Shown here piece after piece: positions 12,585-25,504 of a stretch of DNA of 64,000 nt. This DNA is from Calcarisporiella thermophila CBS 279.70 (lineage: Eukaryota > Fungi > Calcarisporiellomycota): positions 383,565 to 447,564 of the forward strand of contig NW_027192203.1 of assembly GCF_041956535.1 (NCBI RefSeq). The letters are read 5' to 3'. The notes under the pieces are model-generated. The model had not been told where the DNA came from and ran no database searches. It saw only the letters and a program-made list of their open reading frames with translations. The translations under genes and the position numbers were made by a program. Every line of letters begins with the position of its first letter. Position 1 is the first letter of the stretch.

Positions 12585-14447
12585 ATGCAAAGGAAATTGA
12601 GTGAATCCCTACTTACAAAGCTACTCAAAAATCAGCCCCCAGCCTGCCGCAGCTGTCGCACTCGCCGTGTTGGATGCGATCGTACGCAACCCAAGTGTGA
12701 GCGCTGTCGCAAGGGAAATACTCAATGCTTATATAAAAAGCCTAAAGTGCCTTTATCAGGCAAAGAATGCGATGAGCTCCAGAGTTATTGGAAAGAAGAG
12801 TTTGAAGAATTGGATGATAATATTAAAGAGCTAGAGCAGACATATTCGTGGCTCGTAGATAAGCTAGCTTTTATAACGTTGCAGAGAATGTTAGAGAATC
12901 TAGCCAATCTAGACAACGATTTACTATCAGAGATAACGAAACATCAAAACTCATGGTCAATAATGAGGTGCAATAATTCAGGCCAAGTGCAAATTGATTT
13001 GAAATTTGCGAAAGATATTTGTCGGTTAGAATCACTTTTACACAATGGTGAAGAAAATTTTGAGAGCGAACATTATGTGGAGTCTGAAGGGTTCAGATAC
13101 CCGTCCATTCGCGTGCATTTTGCCGAAGATACGGCACGACTTAAAGAGGCCATGCTCAACTCTTCTAATGAAAATTTGCCACAGTTAAAGCCTCAGCGCA
13201 TTGATCTCATAATTGATCATTTGGTGAATGTCTATTTTAAATGCTATCATCCATTCTGTCCAGTTCTTCATGAACCATCTTTCCGGGATGCCTATAATAA
13301 TTCCAATCCAGATCCATCGTTTCTCTCAATGGTATATGCCATCTGCGCCTATGTTGCCAAACACGCATGCAAGATACATTCTCATGGGAAGGCTAATCTA
13401 AATGGAGTACCATCAAATGTTCTTGAAGAATACTTTTACAATAAGTCTCGCGAGTTTCTCTCGCACTGTCTTGAAGACTCGTCACTCTACACTATATGTG
13501 CATTGATTTTCTTATCGGAGTTCTTGTACTACGATAGAGATCGGGAAAGTCAGCGTCGAATTTTTATAGAGCTGGCCTCCTCTAAGTTTGAATTGATGAT
13601 CTGGGACCATAGACATTCATACCCTCCGCTCGAATATGATTGCAATATCGAGGACTATTTTCATAGGGGCTATGAAGATGATCAAATGAAGGTGGAGCTG
13701 CTTCACCGCATTCGATGGTATATAGCCGATTTTGAGTGCATCATGGACGATCGGATACGCTGCCATCAAAAATCATCAGCCCCTATGCCTAGTCCACAGG
13801 CAGATGAAAATATGCTTATACGAGAGTCGATTCTCTATTGGAGGTCATGCATTGACCTATATACTATCCAGGATGAAATTGACATTTTATTTGACAAAGA
13901 TCTCTCCTCGAAGGATGCTTGGGAATTTGCAATGGGTTTGGTGCCAAAACTCCGAGCATGGTTAAAGAAGTTACTCCATACTTTGCAGCCCCATAACATC
14001 TTTCAACTCGAAGAGGCATCCCTACATACTCTACTAGCTCTAGGACAATACTATACTATATTACTTAAACTGCACTGTGCTTTTATTCCTGACGAATCTC
14101 AGACTTATATACCCGATGATCTAATCTCAAAGGGCTTCGAAAATGCTCATCACTTGTTACAAGTTATAGCGGTGATACAACGGTGCGAGGGATGCTATTT
14201 CCCTCTACCCTTCATCACGCAGATCTGCGATTTTGTTTTCAGGATGCTGCATATCGTTCCGCACCATCGAAGTTTATACCCCTTGTCAGTCCATCTATAT
14301 AGTTTGTTATGGCGCTCAAAACACTATAGGGCTCGGGTTTCACAGTGTCTGAATTGTGTGAGCTCTTTGGAGGCTACAATGGACAAATATGGAATTCCTC
14401 TTGTAGCGGAAGAGAGTCCCACCGATGATATCCTAACGCCTGACTAA
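12585..14447 (+). CDS. Zn(II)2Cys6 fungal transcription factor with fungal-specific TF middle domain (intronless)
   Basis: CRSCRTRRVGCDRTQPKCERCRKGNTQCLY, a coiled coil, and LVNVYFKCYHPFCPVLHEPSF. Confidence 0.92.
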   Translation: MQRKLSESLLTKLLKNQPPACRSCRTRRVGCDRTQPKCERCRKGNTQCLYKKPKVPLSGKECDELQSYWKEEFEELDDNIKELEQTYSWLVDKLAFITLQRMLENLANLDNDLLSEITKHQNSWSIMRCNNSGQVQIDLKFAKDICRLESLLHNGEENFESEHYVESEGFRYPSIRVHFAEDTARLKEAMLNSSNENLPQLKPQRIDLIIDHLVNVYFKCYHPFCPVLHEPSFRDAYNNSNPDPSFLSMVYAICAYVAKHACKIHSHGKANLNGVPSNVLEEYFYNKSREFLSHCLEDSSLYTICALIFLSEFLYYDRDRESQRRIFIELASSKFELMIWDHRHSYPPLEYDCNIEDYFHRGYEDDQMKVELLHRIRWYIADFECIMDDRIRCHQKSSAPMPSPQADENMLIRESILYWRSCIDLYTIQDEIDILFDKDLSSKDAWEFAMGLVPKLRAWLKKLLHTLQPHNIFQLEEASLHTLLALGQYYTILLKLHCAFIPDESQTYIPDDLISKGFENAHHLLQVIAVIQRCEGCYFPLPFITQICDFVFRMLHIVPHHRSLYPLSVHLYSLLWRSKHYRARVSQCLNCVSSLEATMDKYGIPLVAEESPTDDILTPD

Positions 14448-14738
14448 ATAGTGTATTGTCTTTCCCCTCCAGCGACTCTTTGCTTGTATTATCTAATGGA
14501 AAGAGTACTACTTTATATCATTGTAGTTTAACTATTGAGTCTATTGTATGACACATATCTACACAGTATATATCACATTTTAGTTTAAATATTTGGCACT
14601 ATCTTTCTCTTGACACTATCCATCCACTCGTTCTTTTCTCTGCTTCCACCCTCATACTCTTTTCATACGTTGGATTCTTTGAGATTGTTGGAAATGCATC
14701 CTATAAGCAAAAGCCATAGGTCTTTACCTTGCTTATAC

Positions 14739-15629
14739 TCATGACTCCTTCGTCTCTGCATCCTTGTTAACGAAATACTCCACACAAATCTTACACCCAA
14801 CAGCTGGTCCGACTAAACTTAACCAGCTCCTCATGTATTTTCCCGTATCGTTTACCCCACTGTCTCTATGTCCATTTCTCTCCATGGGCATTCCACTGAT
14901 GGAAGATAATAGTGTTTGTGTCTCACATGGATGCACATAATAGAAAGGCGTTCTAAAATAAGGGTGATCGGATTGGGTAACGCCACTGCCAAAGCGGAGC
15001 TGCTGTAGAGGAGTGTGATATTCTGCAGGTATAAGATATGTGTAGATCTGTGAAAGAGTAAGCGGGGTACCATCTGTGGCAAAACGTATTTGTATGAATA
15101 AAAATGGAGAATGAGATTACTAAACGAACATAAGAATCATCTTGTGGATTTACTGGAAAAATAAGCGTTAAAGTAGAGCACAGGCACTTGATAACTGGAA
15201 GAATACAGTATATGGTAGGTGACTGTAAGAGTCTCTAAAGCATCCCCTCTCTACATCATATTCACAAGTTAGTCAAAGATACATCCATAATTAAGTTTTC
15301 TACAAGAATTCAAGAAAAATCTTCTTACGAACGACACCATATCTTCTTCTTCTACTACATTAGGATCTGCGTACACATCTAGCTTTTCCCAGTCATGTTT
15401 CACGGGAATGACGAGCTTTTTTTCTAAGAATCCATCTCTATTCGCGCCATGATTCTATACACCGTAGAGATGAGGAAAAACGTATCAAAATCTCTAGATA
15501 TACTTGTTCACGATCTACTTGTTCAATCCAATGCCAGTGATCTCCTACGTGTTCAGATTGCCGAAGAAATTCCTGAGAGGAAGCGTAGAATTCGGGCCAC
15601 GATAAACTTGGGTACCGCTGAATTATCAT
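14739..15629 (-). CDS. ATG10: Autophagy E2-like conjugating enzyme Atg10
   Basis: YPSLSWPEFYASSQEFL, YHILYSSSYQVPVL, catalytic HPCET and C-terminal YMRSWLSLVGPAVG. Multi-exon. Confidence 0.82.
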
Positions 15630-15847
15630 TTCTAAGTGAATTCCACTAATTAATTTCAAAGGTAAAATTGGCACTAATTTTTTTTTATTTTTTTTTTAGT
15701 AGATATTGTGGGAATACCTAGCACTATATTACACTAAACTAAATTAAACGAACACATCGGAGAGAATTTTCGAAATGTTTGCTACAATACTTGGTTCGAA
15801 TCCCATTGCAAGGTGGTAGTGCCGACAACTAAGAAAGGCACTGATGC

Positions 15848-18291
15848 CTATTCAACGCTGCACAGCCTGAACCCAGCAAAGACATATGGGTACCCCTTCT
15901 GATACCAGTTCCTAAAAGATCGCCTGTGAGCAATGCGCGGATGGGTGGCCCAGCTGCCTCCAAGGCAGACCACATGTTTTCGATCAAAGAAATCGGCGCT
16001 ATACCCGGGGTAGAGCTCTGATGGTTTGAAGCCTTGGAACCGCTCCCATAGGGTCGAGGTCCATTCCCAAACGTCGGAGACAAATTGGTCAGCAACGGGG
16101 GTGGGATGCCAGTATCGGAACCCAATGTTTTGCACTTTGACGCCCTCGATCTCTTTCTCATCAGAATTCAACGATTTTTCCTCCTTCAGTTTCCTCTCAA
16201 ACACGTCCCGCGCCATAACCCATTCTTCCTCGCTAGGCAACCGCATTCCAACCCAATCGGCATATGCCTCCGCTTGCGCTTGGGAGCAGGTCACCGGCCA
16301 CTCGCTCACGGTTTCCAGGGGAACTGCCCCAAACACCGTCCGAACCTTAAAACGGAACTTGCTCGGTTCTCCCACAGGCACCCAAGATTGCGGGTAATCC
16401 TTGTTCACAGTTGCGATCAAAAAGCGCAGGTATTCTGCGTTTGTGACGGGGCGGGTCTGGATGCGGAATGGAGCGACGGTACAGGAGCGCACTGGATTCT
16501 CGTTATCCCAGCCGAATGGAAGTTCCAGTGGAGCTTCGTCGTCGAGAAGTTCTGAATCCTCGTGACCAAGCTGAATCTGCCCGCCCTCAATGCTAATAAG
16601 TGCAGAGGGTGGAGGGACCTCCACCTTCGTTGATTCCACCCCGTCAACTTGATCTTCACCCCCCTTCTGCAGAAGAGTTTGCGCCCAAATGGGCGGCACA
16701 ACCCCTTTAGGTGGAAGTGTTTCTGGCGATTGCAATAACATGTACAAGAACGTCTCTAAATGCATAGCCTCATGCTCGAATGCCATCCACAAGTATCTCC
16801 CGGCTCGTCTTGTCAACTTTTTCTCGCTCTCCAAATAGTGCAGTAATCGTGTTCGCACCTGATCGCGGTACTCTAAGATATTTTCGGCAGCAGGCCACTC
16901 GTCTGGCACTCTTGAATGGGGGTGGCAATGTGACGGATCGTCCATGTCGGGATCAATTCCCCTCTCGAATATCTCTCCATAGTCTGGTCGAATCCGAGGT
17001 TCCCCGAGGCAGTGGGAGAGTTGAATATCGAGAAAAGCTGGAATATGGCCGAAATAGAATATACACGGGTGACGTAGATCAATCGGTTTTTGGAGATGCA
17101 TGGTGGTTGGGATCATGGTGGTTGTAACCGTATCCCAAGCGCTCCACAGCTCTTCCCATTCTTCACGCGTTGGAACCGATCCTTTAGGCTTGGGGCAGAA
17201 GAATGGCCCACGATATAGAAGATGTAGGTCGTAGCGCTCCTCAGTTTCGGTCCAAGTCATGGCATGGGACAATCCCGCAGTTTCGAACAGTGAGATGAGC
17301 TCCTCGACATCGTATTTATATGAATACTCGACATTAATCATCTCATTCTTTGCAATATGAAAAGTTTGATCTTTGTGGGACAAGGTCTGGTCGCAAAGGG
17401 AGCGATAGTAGGCTTCATGACGACCCTGTTTCTCATTATAATAAGAGACATATTCGAATTGATTCCTATCAATGAAATTGTGTCCGAGGATATTATTAAT
17501 ATGATCGAGACCATTCATAATAAACTCTCGTGTCACTCCGCGCGGGTCATTATACGCGACGCTTATCAACTCTGGATCGTTGCGGCGATCCACTCCCAAC
17601 AGAACCATATCGCCAGCGTTCATAACGCGATCACGATAAGAACGTAGGAAGGCGGCACCATCTTCTCGATTATAATTTCCGATAGAGGATCCAATCCACA
17701 TTACGATCTTGGACTGCTCGGGGGGGAGCTTGGAGCAGTAGGCGATTCCATCCTCATACGTTCCAAGCAAGCCAACGAGCCGTATGTTGGAGAAGCTGCC
17801 CAGCGATGCAAGTGACTTTTCAAGCTCTTGCTGCATCACATCAAGGGCATAATAGGTGATGTTTTTACATTTTTTTTCAACTGCTTTGAGAACAAGCTGT
17901 GTCTTGCGGAGGGACCTAAGAGGGAAAAAAGAAGGCGAGAGGTCAATAGGGTTTTCTTACTGCCCGACTGCAAGAGAAATACAAACCCAGCACCCAACTC
18001 AATCAGAGCGGACCCATCTTTTACATATTGCTGAATTTCATCCACGTAATTTTCCAACACATTTATCTCTGCATTGGTCAAATAATATTCTTCCAGATAG
18101 GTAATTTCATCAAACAACTGAAGACCACGATCGTCATAGAGCACCAGGGTAGGAATGGTCTTTGGCTCCTGTTGTAGCCCTTTGAAAACCTCAGTTACAA
18201 GCTCGAATTGATGAAATTCAGCAGAACGAATATCGATAATGTCGTAAGGTTTGATCCGAGGATCCCCTGATTCGTTAGGTGATGGATGCAT
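15848..18291 (-). CDS. EGT1: Ergothioneine biosynthesis protein Egt1 (histidine methyltransferase fused to sulfoxide synthase, DinB_2/FGE domains)
   Basis: IPTLVLYDDRGLQLFDEIT..EYYLT, ELGAGSLRKT across one intron, WIGSSIGN, PIDLRHPCIFYFGHIP, iron-binding HEAMHLE, FGWDNE, VWEWT and YPGYSADFFD. Confidence 0.96.
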
Positions 18292-19039
18292 GGTGAAGAA
18301 ATTTGTGATAATAATAAAAGGGAGTGAATGCTCTAGAGAGGCCTTTGAGAATCGTTTGCGAGTCCGTGGTGGCGAATATTATTTCTCGAAAAGTCGCGAC
18401 TGTGGGGTGGATAGATAAAGGGGAGAGAATTTCACGATTGATGAAGCGTGTCTGGAATTCAGAATATCAAAGCATAAAATGGCGATTCAAGCATTCGTGG
18501 AGTAGCCAAGATAACAATATATATAGGTAGATTATCATATGGAGGCTCTCCCTTTGCCACCCAGTCAGATAGCGTGCGAATTTCTTACGCTGGATCGAAC
18601 CCCCTTGTGTTCAACTCAGATTAACTCCAGATCGCCGACAAACGGCGCTATTTATTGATTTTTCCTTCAGGTTCTTTCGCCCTATCAACCAGGAGAGGGG
18701 GAGCTCCCCTGTGGCCATCCCTCCAAACCATTCCCTCCCCCCACTACTGCAACGTGGAGAGAGCTTCTCTACAACCTTATTTTCAATCTCCTCTGAGAGA
18801 CTTTTTATTTTGTTTTGCTTTTTTCTTTTTGTGTTTACGCCGCGTGTTGATTAATAATAGCATGACTTTACTCGGCCATTACGTAAAGTACAGAATTAAA
18901 CCCGCCTAATCCATCCCCGATCACTTGTGCTTATCGTGACTTTTAATAATATAGAGTTATATACAATGCCATTCACACTCCAAGCTATGTTCATATCGGT
19001 GACTACATCTCCCATCAGTGCGTTCGCCTCCCGTCTGCT

Positions 19040-19658
19040 TCAGACGTGGCCGTTCGGAGCCTGGCTTTCATTTTCAGCAGTAGGTTGCTGCTCTTCCTTC
19101 TCCTGCAACAGGGTCTGCGGATTCCGATAATATCTCCAGTGCCAGTATTGTGTTTTATGTATGAACGTTGCCGCCTCCTGAGTTATCAACGCGTCACGGA
19201 AGCTCGGGTACTGGAGGAGGTCAAGGAAGTAGAGCGCGTGAGGGTATCTGTGAGGGACATGAATACACACAAAAGCACCTTATTAGCGATGCATAGACGA
19301 GAGAAAAAACCGAAAACATATGGCGCAAAACAAATAAAATCACAATCATAAATGAGAGAACTAACATGATGAATTTTGCATATTCAGGTCGCTTCCAATA
19401 TTGTAGATATTCAAGATAGTTGATGAATGCGGGATCTTTAAGGTACTCGAGCTGTGCAAGATCTAATATTTTGCGATTACCCATTAGTATTAGCAGAACT
19501 CTAATATTGAGAACGCCAACATTCGATCTCATTGCTTAGCTTAATTGCCTAGATGCTAGCAAGTACTCACAGTTCAAATACCAGGGATTGGATAGACACT
19601 GCACGAATTCAAGCTCGATCTCAAATCTGCGCTGCTTTTCTTCATCTGTTTCTGGCAT
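19040..19658 (-). CDS. MED31: Mediator subunit 31 (Soh1)
   Basis: [39 protein letters not shown] and [12 protein letters not shown] over 3 exons. Confidence 0.95.
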
Positions 19659-19953
19659 CTTATAATAAAATACCTTTCGTTTGTTGAGGAACAGAGAATT
19701 TAAGATTATGTGTGGCTTAGATTTTTTATTTCGAATATCCGCTTTAATGAGAATATATCTTTGGTTTCTAACCTGAAGATGCATCAGATTTCACCAAGAA
19801 GAAATCAAGCGATTCAGACTGCCTTTGATAAAATGTGAGCTATCAATGTGTGTTGGTTCTCCACTTTTTAGCTAATCTCTGCATTTATTATCTAGCTATG
19901 AGCGTTATAAGAGCGAGAAACAAAGATGCGCACACCAGTTGTCCACTAAAGAC

Positions 19954-20832
19954 ATGTGTAGCGCCAAATTGCCATCGTCAAAATCTGACGCGTCAAATTG
20001 GAACGATGCAACATATTTTACTGATTCCAATGCATTCACGTCTAAATCATCTGTGAAATCCTCTCCTAAATCCGAAAACATATATCAAGAATACGATGAG
20101 CACAGCTCAAAATACCCAAAAGTTGAGTCACCAGGCAACGAATCCGATTCAAACGCATTTCATCCAAATTCTGGTAATTATCGCACAAGGGGCGAAACAT
20201 TGTCAACTCATGCAAAGCGCCCTATGAGTCAAGAGCCTGCAGAGGTCGATGACTCCAATGGAGAAACTAGTGGACAGACAGAGCCCGATTGTAAAAGACG
20301 CTTGACAGAAGATCCCGTTCCAAATTCGTCCTCGCTCCCCGCATCCTCCCATACTTTTCCTTATTCTGCTGCGCAGTTACTCCCTCTTCCCCCTGTTCCC
20401 CTCCCCGTTCTCCCGCCCAATCCGCTTGCCCCAACCAATGGCCCAAGGAGACGTGGTCGAAGACCAAACCATGTTAGATTACTTATGCAACAACAGCAAC
20501 AGCAGCTTGCTCTTATTGAATCGGCATATAGGCAACAAGCAGATCAACTACGCTATGGATGGAGAAAGGACGATAATACGATGGGATTCTGTATTCAGTA
20601 TAAATACCCAAAGACCAATGTATTGGCCTTTAGACCTGGGAGAACCGAACGAGCTTGGCAACAGGTAAAGAATGCACCCAGGATAGACTTGAACGAACTA
20701 TGGGCGTGGCATACTCGATTGGCTAGGCGTAGTGGGATGAACTCTAAGCCCAGGAATAAGGAGACGTCGCGTGACGCGAGGGAACCATTCTTGAAGAGAA
20801 ATATACGCGCAGGACGCTCCATGTTTTCATAA
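19954..20832 (+). CDS. Hypothetical, largely disordered basic protein (Pro-rich, RRRGRRP, polyQ)
   Basis: ORF of ~290 aa divergent from MED31. No recognisable domain; start codon uncertain. Confidence 0.55.
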   Translation: MCSAKLPSSKSDASNWNDATYFTDSNAFTSKSSVKSSPKSENIYQEYDEHSSKYPKVESPGNESDSNAFHPNSGNYRTRGETLSTHAKRPMSQEPAEVDDSNGETSGQTEPDCKRRLTEDPVPNSSSLPASSHTFPYSAAQLLPLPPVPLPVLPPNPLAPTNGPRRRGRRPNHVRLLMQQQQQQLALIESAYRQQADQLRYGWRKDDNTMGFCIQYKYPKTNVLAFRPGRTERAWQQVKNAPRIDLNELWAWHTRLARRSGMNSKPRNKETSRDAREPFLKRNIRAGRSMFS

Positions 20833-22767
20833 TATGATTTGTCAGACTCTTTTCTAACTCAAGTAACCCGTGTCCCCTTTTCTTTAAGACCTTAATATAT
20901 CCTCTACTTACCATGTATTCAAGCTCATATTCGATTGTATTCAAATAGGGAGGCAAAGAAGCTACTTAAAGCCATGTTGGAAAAATGCATTTTATTAACT
21001 TATTAGCAACTGCCTCTAATGTATTTTCAAAAAGTGAATTGATATGGTTACTGACTTAAGCAGGAGTGCTTTCATGCATTTTAAATACCACGCTGTTCAT
21101 AAACTATACATATGCCGTTAGTTAACTTTATATGAGAGGGGATGGAGAACTTTGCTCGAGCACGGGTCCAGCAGACGTTAAAATTCCCCAAAGCATGTGT
21201 TTAGTGTACACTTATGCTCTTCGTAAATTAGATCATGTGAGGTGACGTATGCGCATATTCTATGTGATGCTCTCTTTCATAAATCTTGAAGATATTGCCT
21301 TCAACGCATCATGGGCATATTAGGGGGATGATTGCTCTTGGGTCATAAAAAGTGAAATTCAATTGATTATCTGTAAAGGGGCCTTAAAAAGTGAAAGCGT
21401 GAGAAAAAGTACTGCACAAATAAACAAGCTGCAATTCTGCTTTTTGATACATATATCTGAGGTTGAAGGAATATCAAGCCATCTAGTTTCATAGCTAAAG
21501 AGGGTTACTTGGAGATCACGCAATTATTGGGGAATATGTCAAAGAATATAATAGCTTTTCATAGTTCAAAAAGTGTGTAATTTACATATCTTCAAATGAA
21601 TCTCGGGATTAACCTCTCCCGAGGTGTAACCCTCTCCCTTCATTTTGATTCTTACAGTTTTTTATAAATTTAGCGAACATCTGACTCGTGAATATAACAA
21701 TCGTTTATCTTCCTGAGGTTGACTGAGAGATCTAACTTCGAAATTTCCCCTTAAACTATCATTGTAGGTTAAATATTGAATGAGTGAATGTGGGAGTAAA
21801 AATGATTGTAAACTAAACATTATATTTTCCTAAATTCCAGGAATAACTACTATTGATCACCAGAAGAAATTTAATTAAAAATCATCTTATTTTAGGTATA
21901 TTAACTATGTAAATTTATACAGTCAAATTTGAAGTGCAGTGTGAAGCAGTAATTTTGTTTAATTTTTCCTGAATTTCCAACAGCATTGGATACTACAGAT
22001 AGGTTTCACTTAGAACAGCTATGAAAAGCTCGCATATATATTCACGTGTAAGCAACTGCAAAGCCTAAGGCCAGAACATAATAACGGCGGTAGTGAATTG
22101 ATTCACTGTACTCTTTTTTTCAAAAGCTCTCGTCATATATAATGAAGGTAAATGTATTAGAATCATCATTTCACTTAGAATTTACCAATGACTTGGTCAC
22201 AATTTTTCGATATTCTACATAAGCTCAGGATTATAGAGGAGGACTTTAATTCCCATGTATCACCTACTGGCTTCTATCCAAGGTAGTGTATGGTTCACAT
22301 CTATCTATAAATATAAACTAACCTAACGCACATAAATAGGGTTCCAACAATAAGAGGTATCAGTAGTATTTCAAGCGGGGTCTTATAGTATCAAGGATTT
22401 TTCCGAATAGGGTCTAAGCTAAATAAAAAATCTTATATATACTTCAAAACAACTTGGTAGTCCATTAACGCTACTATGCCTTTAAGGGAAGTTGAAAATG
22501 TGTTATTCATTAGAAGTGGGGGGAAAGTTCGGTAAAGTACTGTTGAAAATTACAAAACCTCGGATTCAATCGAGAGGTATATTCGGTAGAGAGAGATGGG
22601 CCTCATAGTCTGAAAAAGGATCGAGAGATTTAAAGTTTCAGATTTTGTGATGCTTAGTATCATACGAGTTGAAATATATTCGTCCATACGCCACGAGTCT
22701 ACGTCAATTTCTCCACAGTGATATATCAGCTGTGAAAGAGGGGAAAAGTAAAAATGCTCAAAGTGCG

Positions 22768-24601
22768 ATGAATCGCACTCATTATTGCACTTGCAAACTG
22801 AAATGTGCATTTGGCAGTCGCATTGGACAGTGGGTCGATATTGATACATTTACTCTACATCAGCGAGAGGAGAGACGTCTTTTAGCAGTTCTTACAGCCC
22901 ACGGTAAATCAAATTTCGAGGATGAGAAAGAGAATGATGCCACCCAATTAAGTGGCGACTCTGAAAGCATCGCTGCAAGTGAAAATACAGTAACTGGCCA
23001 ATTGAATAGTGTCGAAATTAAGGCCTCGGTCGACCGCAATTCTCTAAATAATAATATAAATGGCGCGAGAGCAAAAGGGGATAATCCTGTAGGAGCTGCA
23101 AGAGTTGGATATACAGCAAACTCCTTGTATATTAGCGAAGCCATCGCAACAGATGAAGAAAATCATTCTAGTTATTCTGGCGGTCAACCAAGCGACCGGT
23201 ACGCATCTAATGCGTTGTTTTGTAATTCCGAGAATGATAAGGTAGAACTTGCATCATTTAATAGCATTATGCTGATTGTAAAAGCAAATATGCGTTATTT
23301 TTTTTTTTACGTTCTATTCAGAACATTCATTGGAGAAGTGAATCGTTTGGAAATTTATTCACTGATCTCTTTCGTCGCATCAAGAGTCTAGAAGTAAGTC
23401 GCGGTATATTAGAAAAAAATTTTGGTGTATTACAAGATAGCTACGCAAAATTGAACGCGCAACATCAAAGATTACAAGAGCAACACCACCAACTATTGAT
23501 GGCCTTCCAGGTATTCTACTGTGACATATTTATAAGTGTTTGTGTTCAGTATTTATGTATACATTGATGTATGCATCTAGAACATAAAATGCCAACTTTC
23601 TGTGGAAAAACATAATCTTTTGGACCGTGTAGGCGGCGGGGCAGGGTGTACAAGAGGGGAGCCGGCACCATTGTCAGACTCACAAATCTTTCAAGGTGAA
23701 TCACGAGCGCCTAAGCGGAAGCGATTAGAGGTATCAAATGATGAAAGACTGCTGCTAGCGGTGAGCAAGGTTGAAGACTATCGGGTTAACCTACAAGTGG
23801 CTGATCTTTCATATACTATAGAGTACTCTTCACGAAATCTATCGCTCTATCATTACTGAAAATCCAGAGGAAGATTTTGATTTTGGTGCCAAATTTTACT
23901 CCGCTAACAACTTGCCCATTATTAAAAAAATAACCTCGCGAGTATCCACCAAGGCTGAAGCCGCAGGGTTCACATTCGATGACTCTGACATCTGTGACTC
24001 CTTGAGCAAGTATTACGAGCATTTGAAACGCGAAAAGAAAGATCCTCCTGAAAAGCGCGCTTGGCTGCAGCAACGTCGAAGGAGAACGAATCGGAGACAC
24101 TCCAAACGAACAAGACGTCAAAAAACCCTTTTGAAGAGGGCATGTGATTTCGCAAAGGCTCATGGCTTGACGTACCGCGTGGAAAACTTCGAACAACTAA
24201 TTGAACTGGATAGAGTTTTGAATGAGAGGCGATTGCGTGACCCTCTTTTGGCGAGGGATTATTCTGCTTATATCCCCCTATTTGACAACGTTGAGCTGAT
24301 GTCACCCGAAATATCGGACGAGGAAGAGTGGTGTGAAGAGGGTATAAAAACATTGTCATCAGAAACGGTGGCTATGCAAGCGTCGATACAAGAAGTGCAG
24401 CCAAAAGTGAAGGTCAAGAAACGGCTAGTTATTGGAAGAAGCAAGGAAGTGAGCCAATTTTTTAGATTCCTCGATTCTCTTGCTAGGGAGAACACAGTGA
24501 AGGAGCTGATAACTCACCCAGTCGACCCTCACCATGTACACCTAACCGAGGGCTTCCCGGATTGGGCCTACTCATCATGGCTCCAACAGAGGGAGGAATA
24601 A
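22768..24601 (+). CDS. 4-exon protein resembling DNA-transposon accessory / DUF4616 (C14orf93)-like proteins
   Basis: In-frame exons ~22768-23241, 23322-23510, 23581-23760 and 23822-24601. N-terminal YCTCKLKC..T..H, coiled coil, YYEHLKRE..RRRRTNRRHSKRTRR, LMSPEISDEEE, RSKEVSQFFRFLD and FPDWAY. Confidence 0.6.
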
Positions 24602-24945
24602 AAGGGCATAGAGAGGGGAGTATCGGACGTAAGCTTTTACCCCTTATTGTTCATTTTGATGGCCACCGGATCACCGCTGCGAGTCACTTTTATATTGCTT
24701 TTATTATTTATAATACATTAACTGCAAGATGAGTATATATATATAATGTCATTAATGGAGGATGAGGTTTGGCCAATCCAGCGACCCTGTATTTAAAATG
24801 CAGTATTATTACATCTTTCGATTTTAAAAAACCTATGGAAGCATCCACGTGTACACAATAAGCCACCGTTCTTATCTCGATGGATACTCTGGCTCGGCTT
24901 TCATTTTCTTCACACCCGTTCCGAATCACTTTTAACGAACACATC

Positions 24946-25212
24946 ATGAAGAAGATCTCTCAACTGCTGGTCATAACTTTGGGCACACTCGTGGGCACAG
25001 CGGGTGGCTTCTACGTCTTTCAGGCACACAAGGTCAAGATCAAAGTAAGAGGCGTTCCATAATCACTCGCATTTTTGTAGACGATGATTAGCTCTGGGTT
25101 TTTAATTCTCGTTTAACTTCGCATGTAGGAGGAGCGACTGGGTCTGTTATTAGAGCGCACAAAGTTTGATCTTGAATCCCAAAAGGAGGACAAGGCTGGA
25201 GCAGCAACGTGA
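24946..25212 (+). CDS. Two-exon ~60-aa single-TM microprotein
   Basis: Exon 1 24946-25044 (33 codons, MKKISQLLVITLGTLVGTAGGFYVFQAHKVKIK), GTAAGA donor, TAG acceptor, exon 2 25129-25212 (EERLGLLLERTKFDLESQKEDKAGAAT*). Confidence 0.65.
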
Positions 25213-25504
25213 ACGTGATTAACCATTTTCCTATACGCTGTTTCTATAGATTCCTCGTACTTATGTTTCCACAGATATGTTGAAATCCCATAGAGTATTA
25301 CTATATCACATACACCCTCTATATATTATATACATTGCCTCTACCTTCTCCTCCACCACCTCCCCTCTCCCTTCCGCCACCCTGTCTCATGGTATGCTTT
25401 TTGCTCACCATCTCTTTTCGTGTTCATATTGTTTTATTGTATTTTTTTATTTTCCAAAATAACATATTATTGAAAAGGCAACTCATTCACGCACGTAGAG
25501 AGAC

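Noticed and set aside
15848-19040. Ergothioneine biosynthetic gene cluster
   Set aside because: No Egt2-like C-S lyase or transporter is adjacent; the neighbours are ATG10 and MED31.
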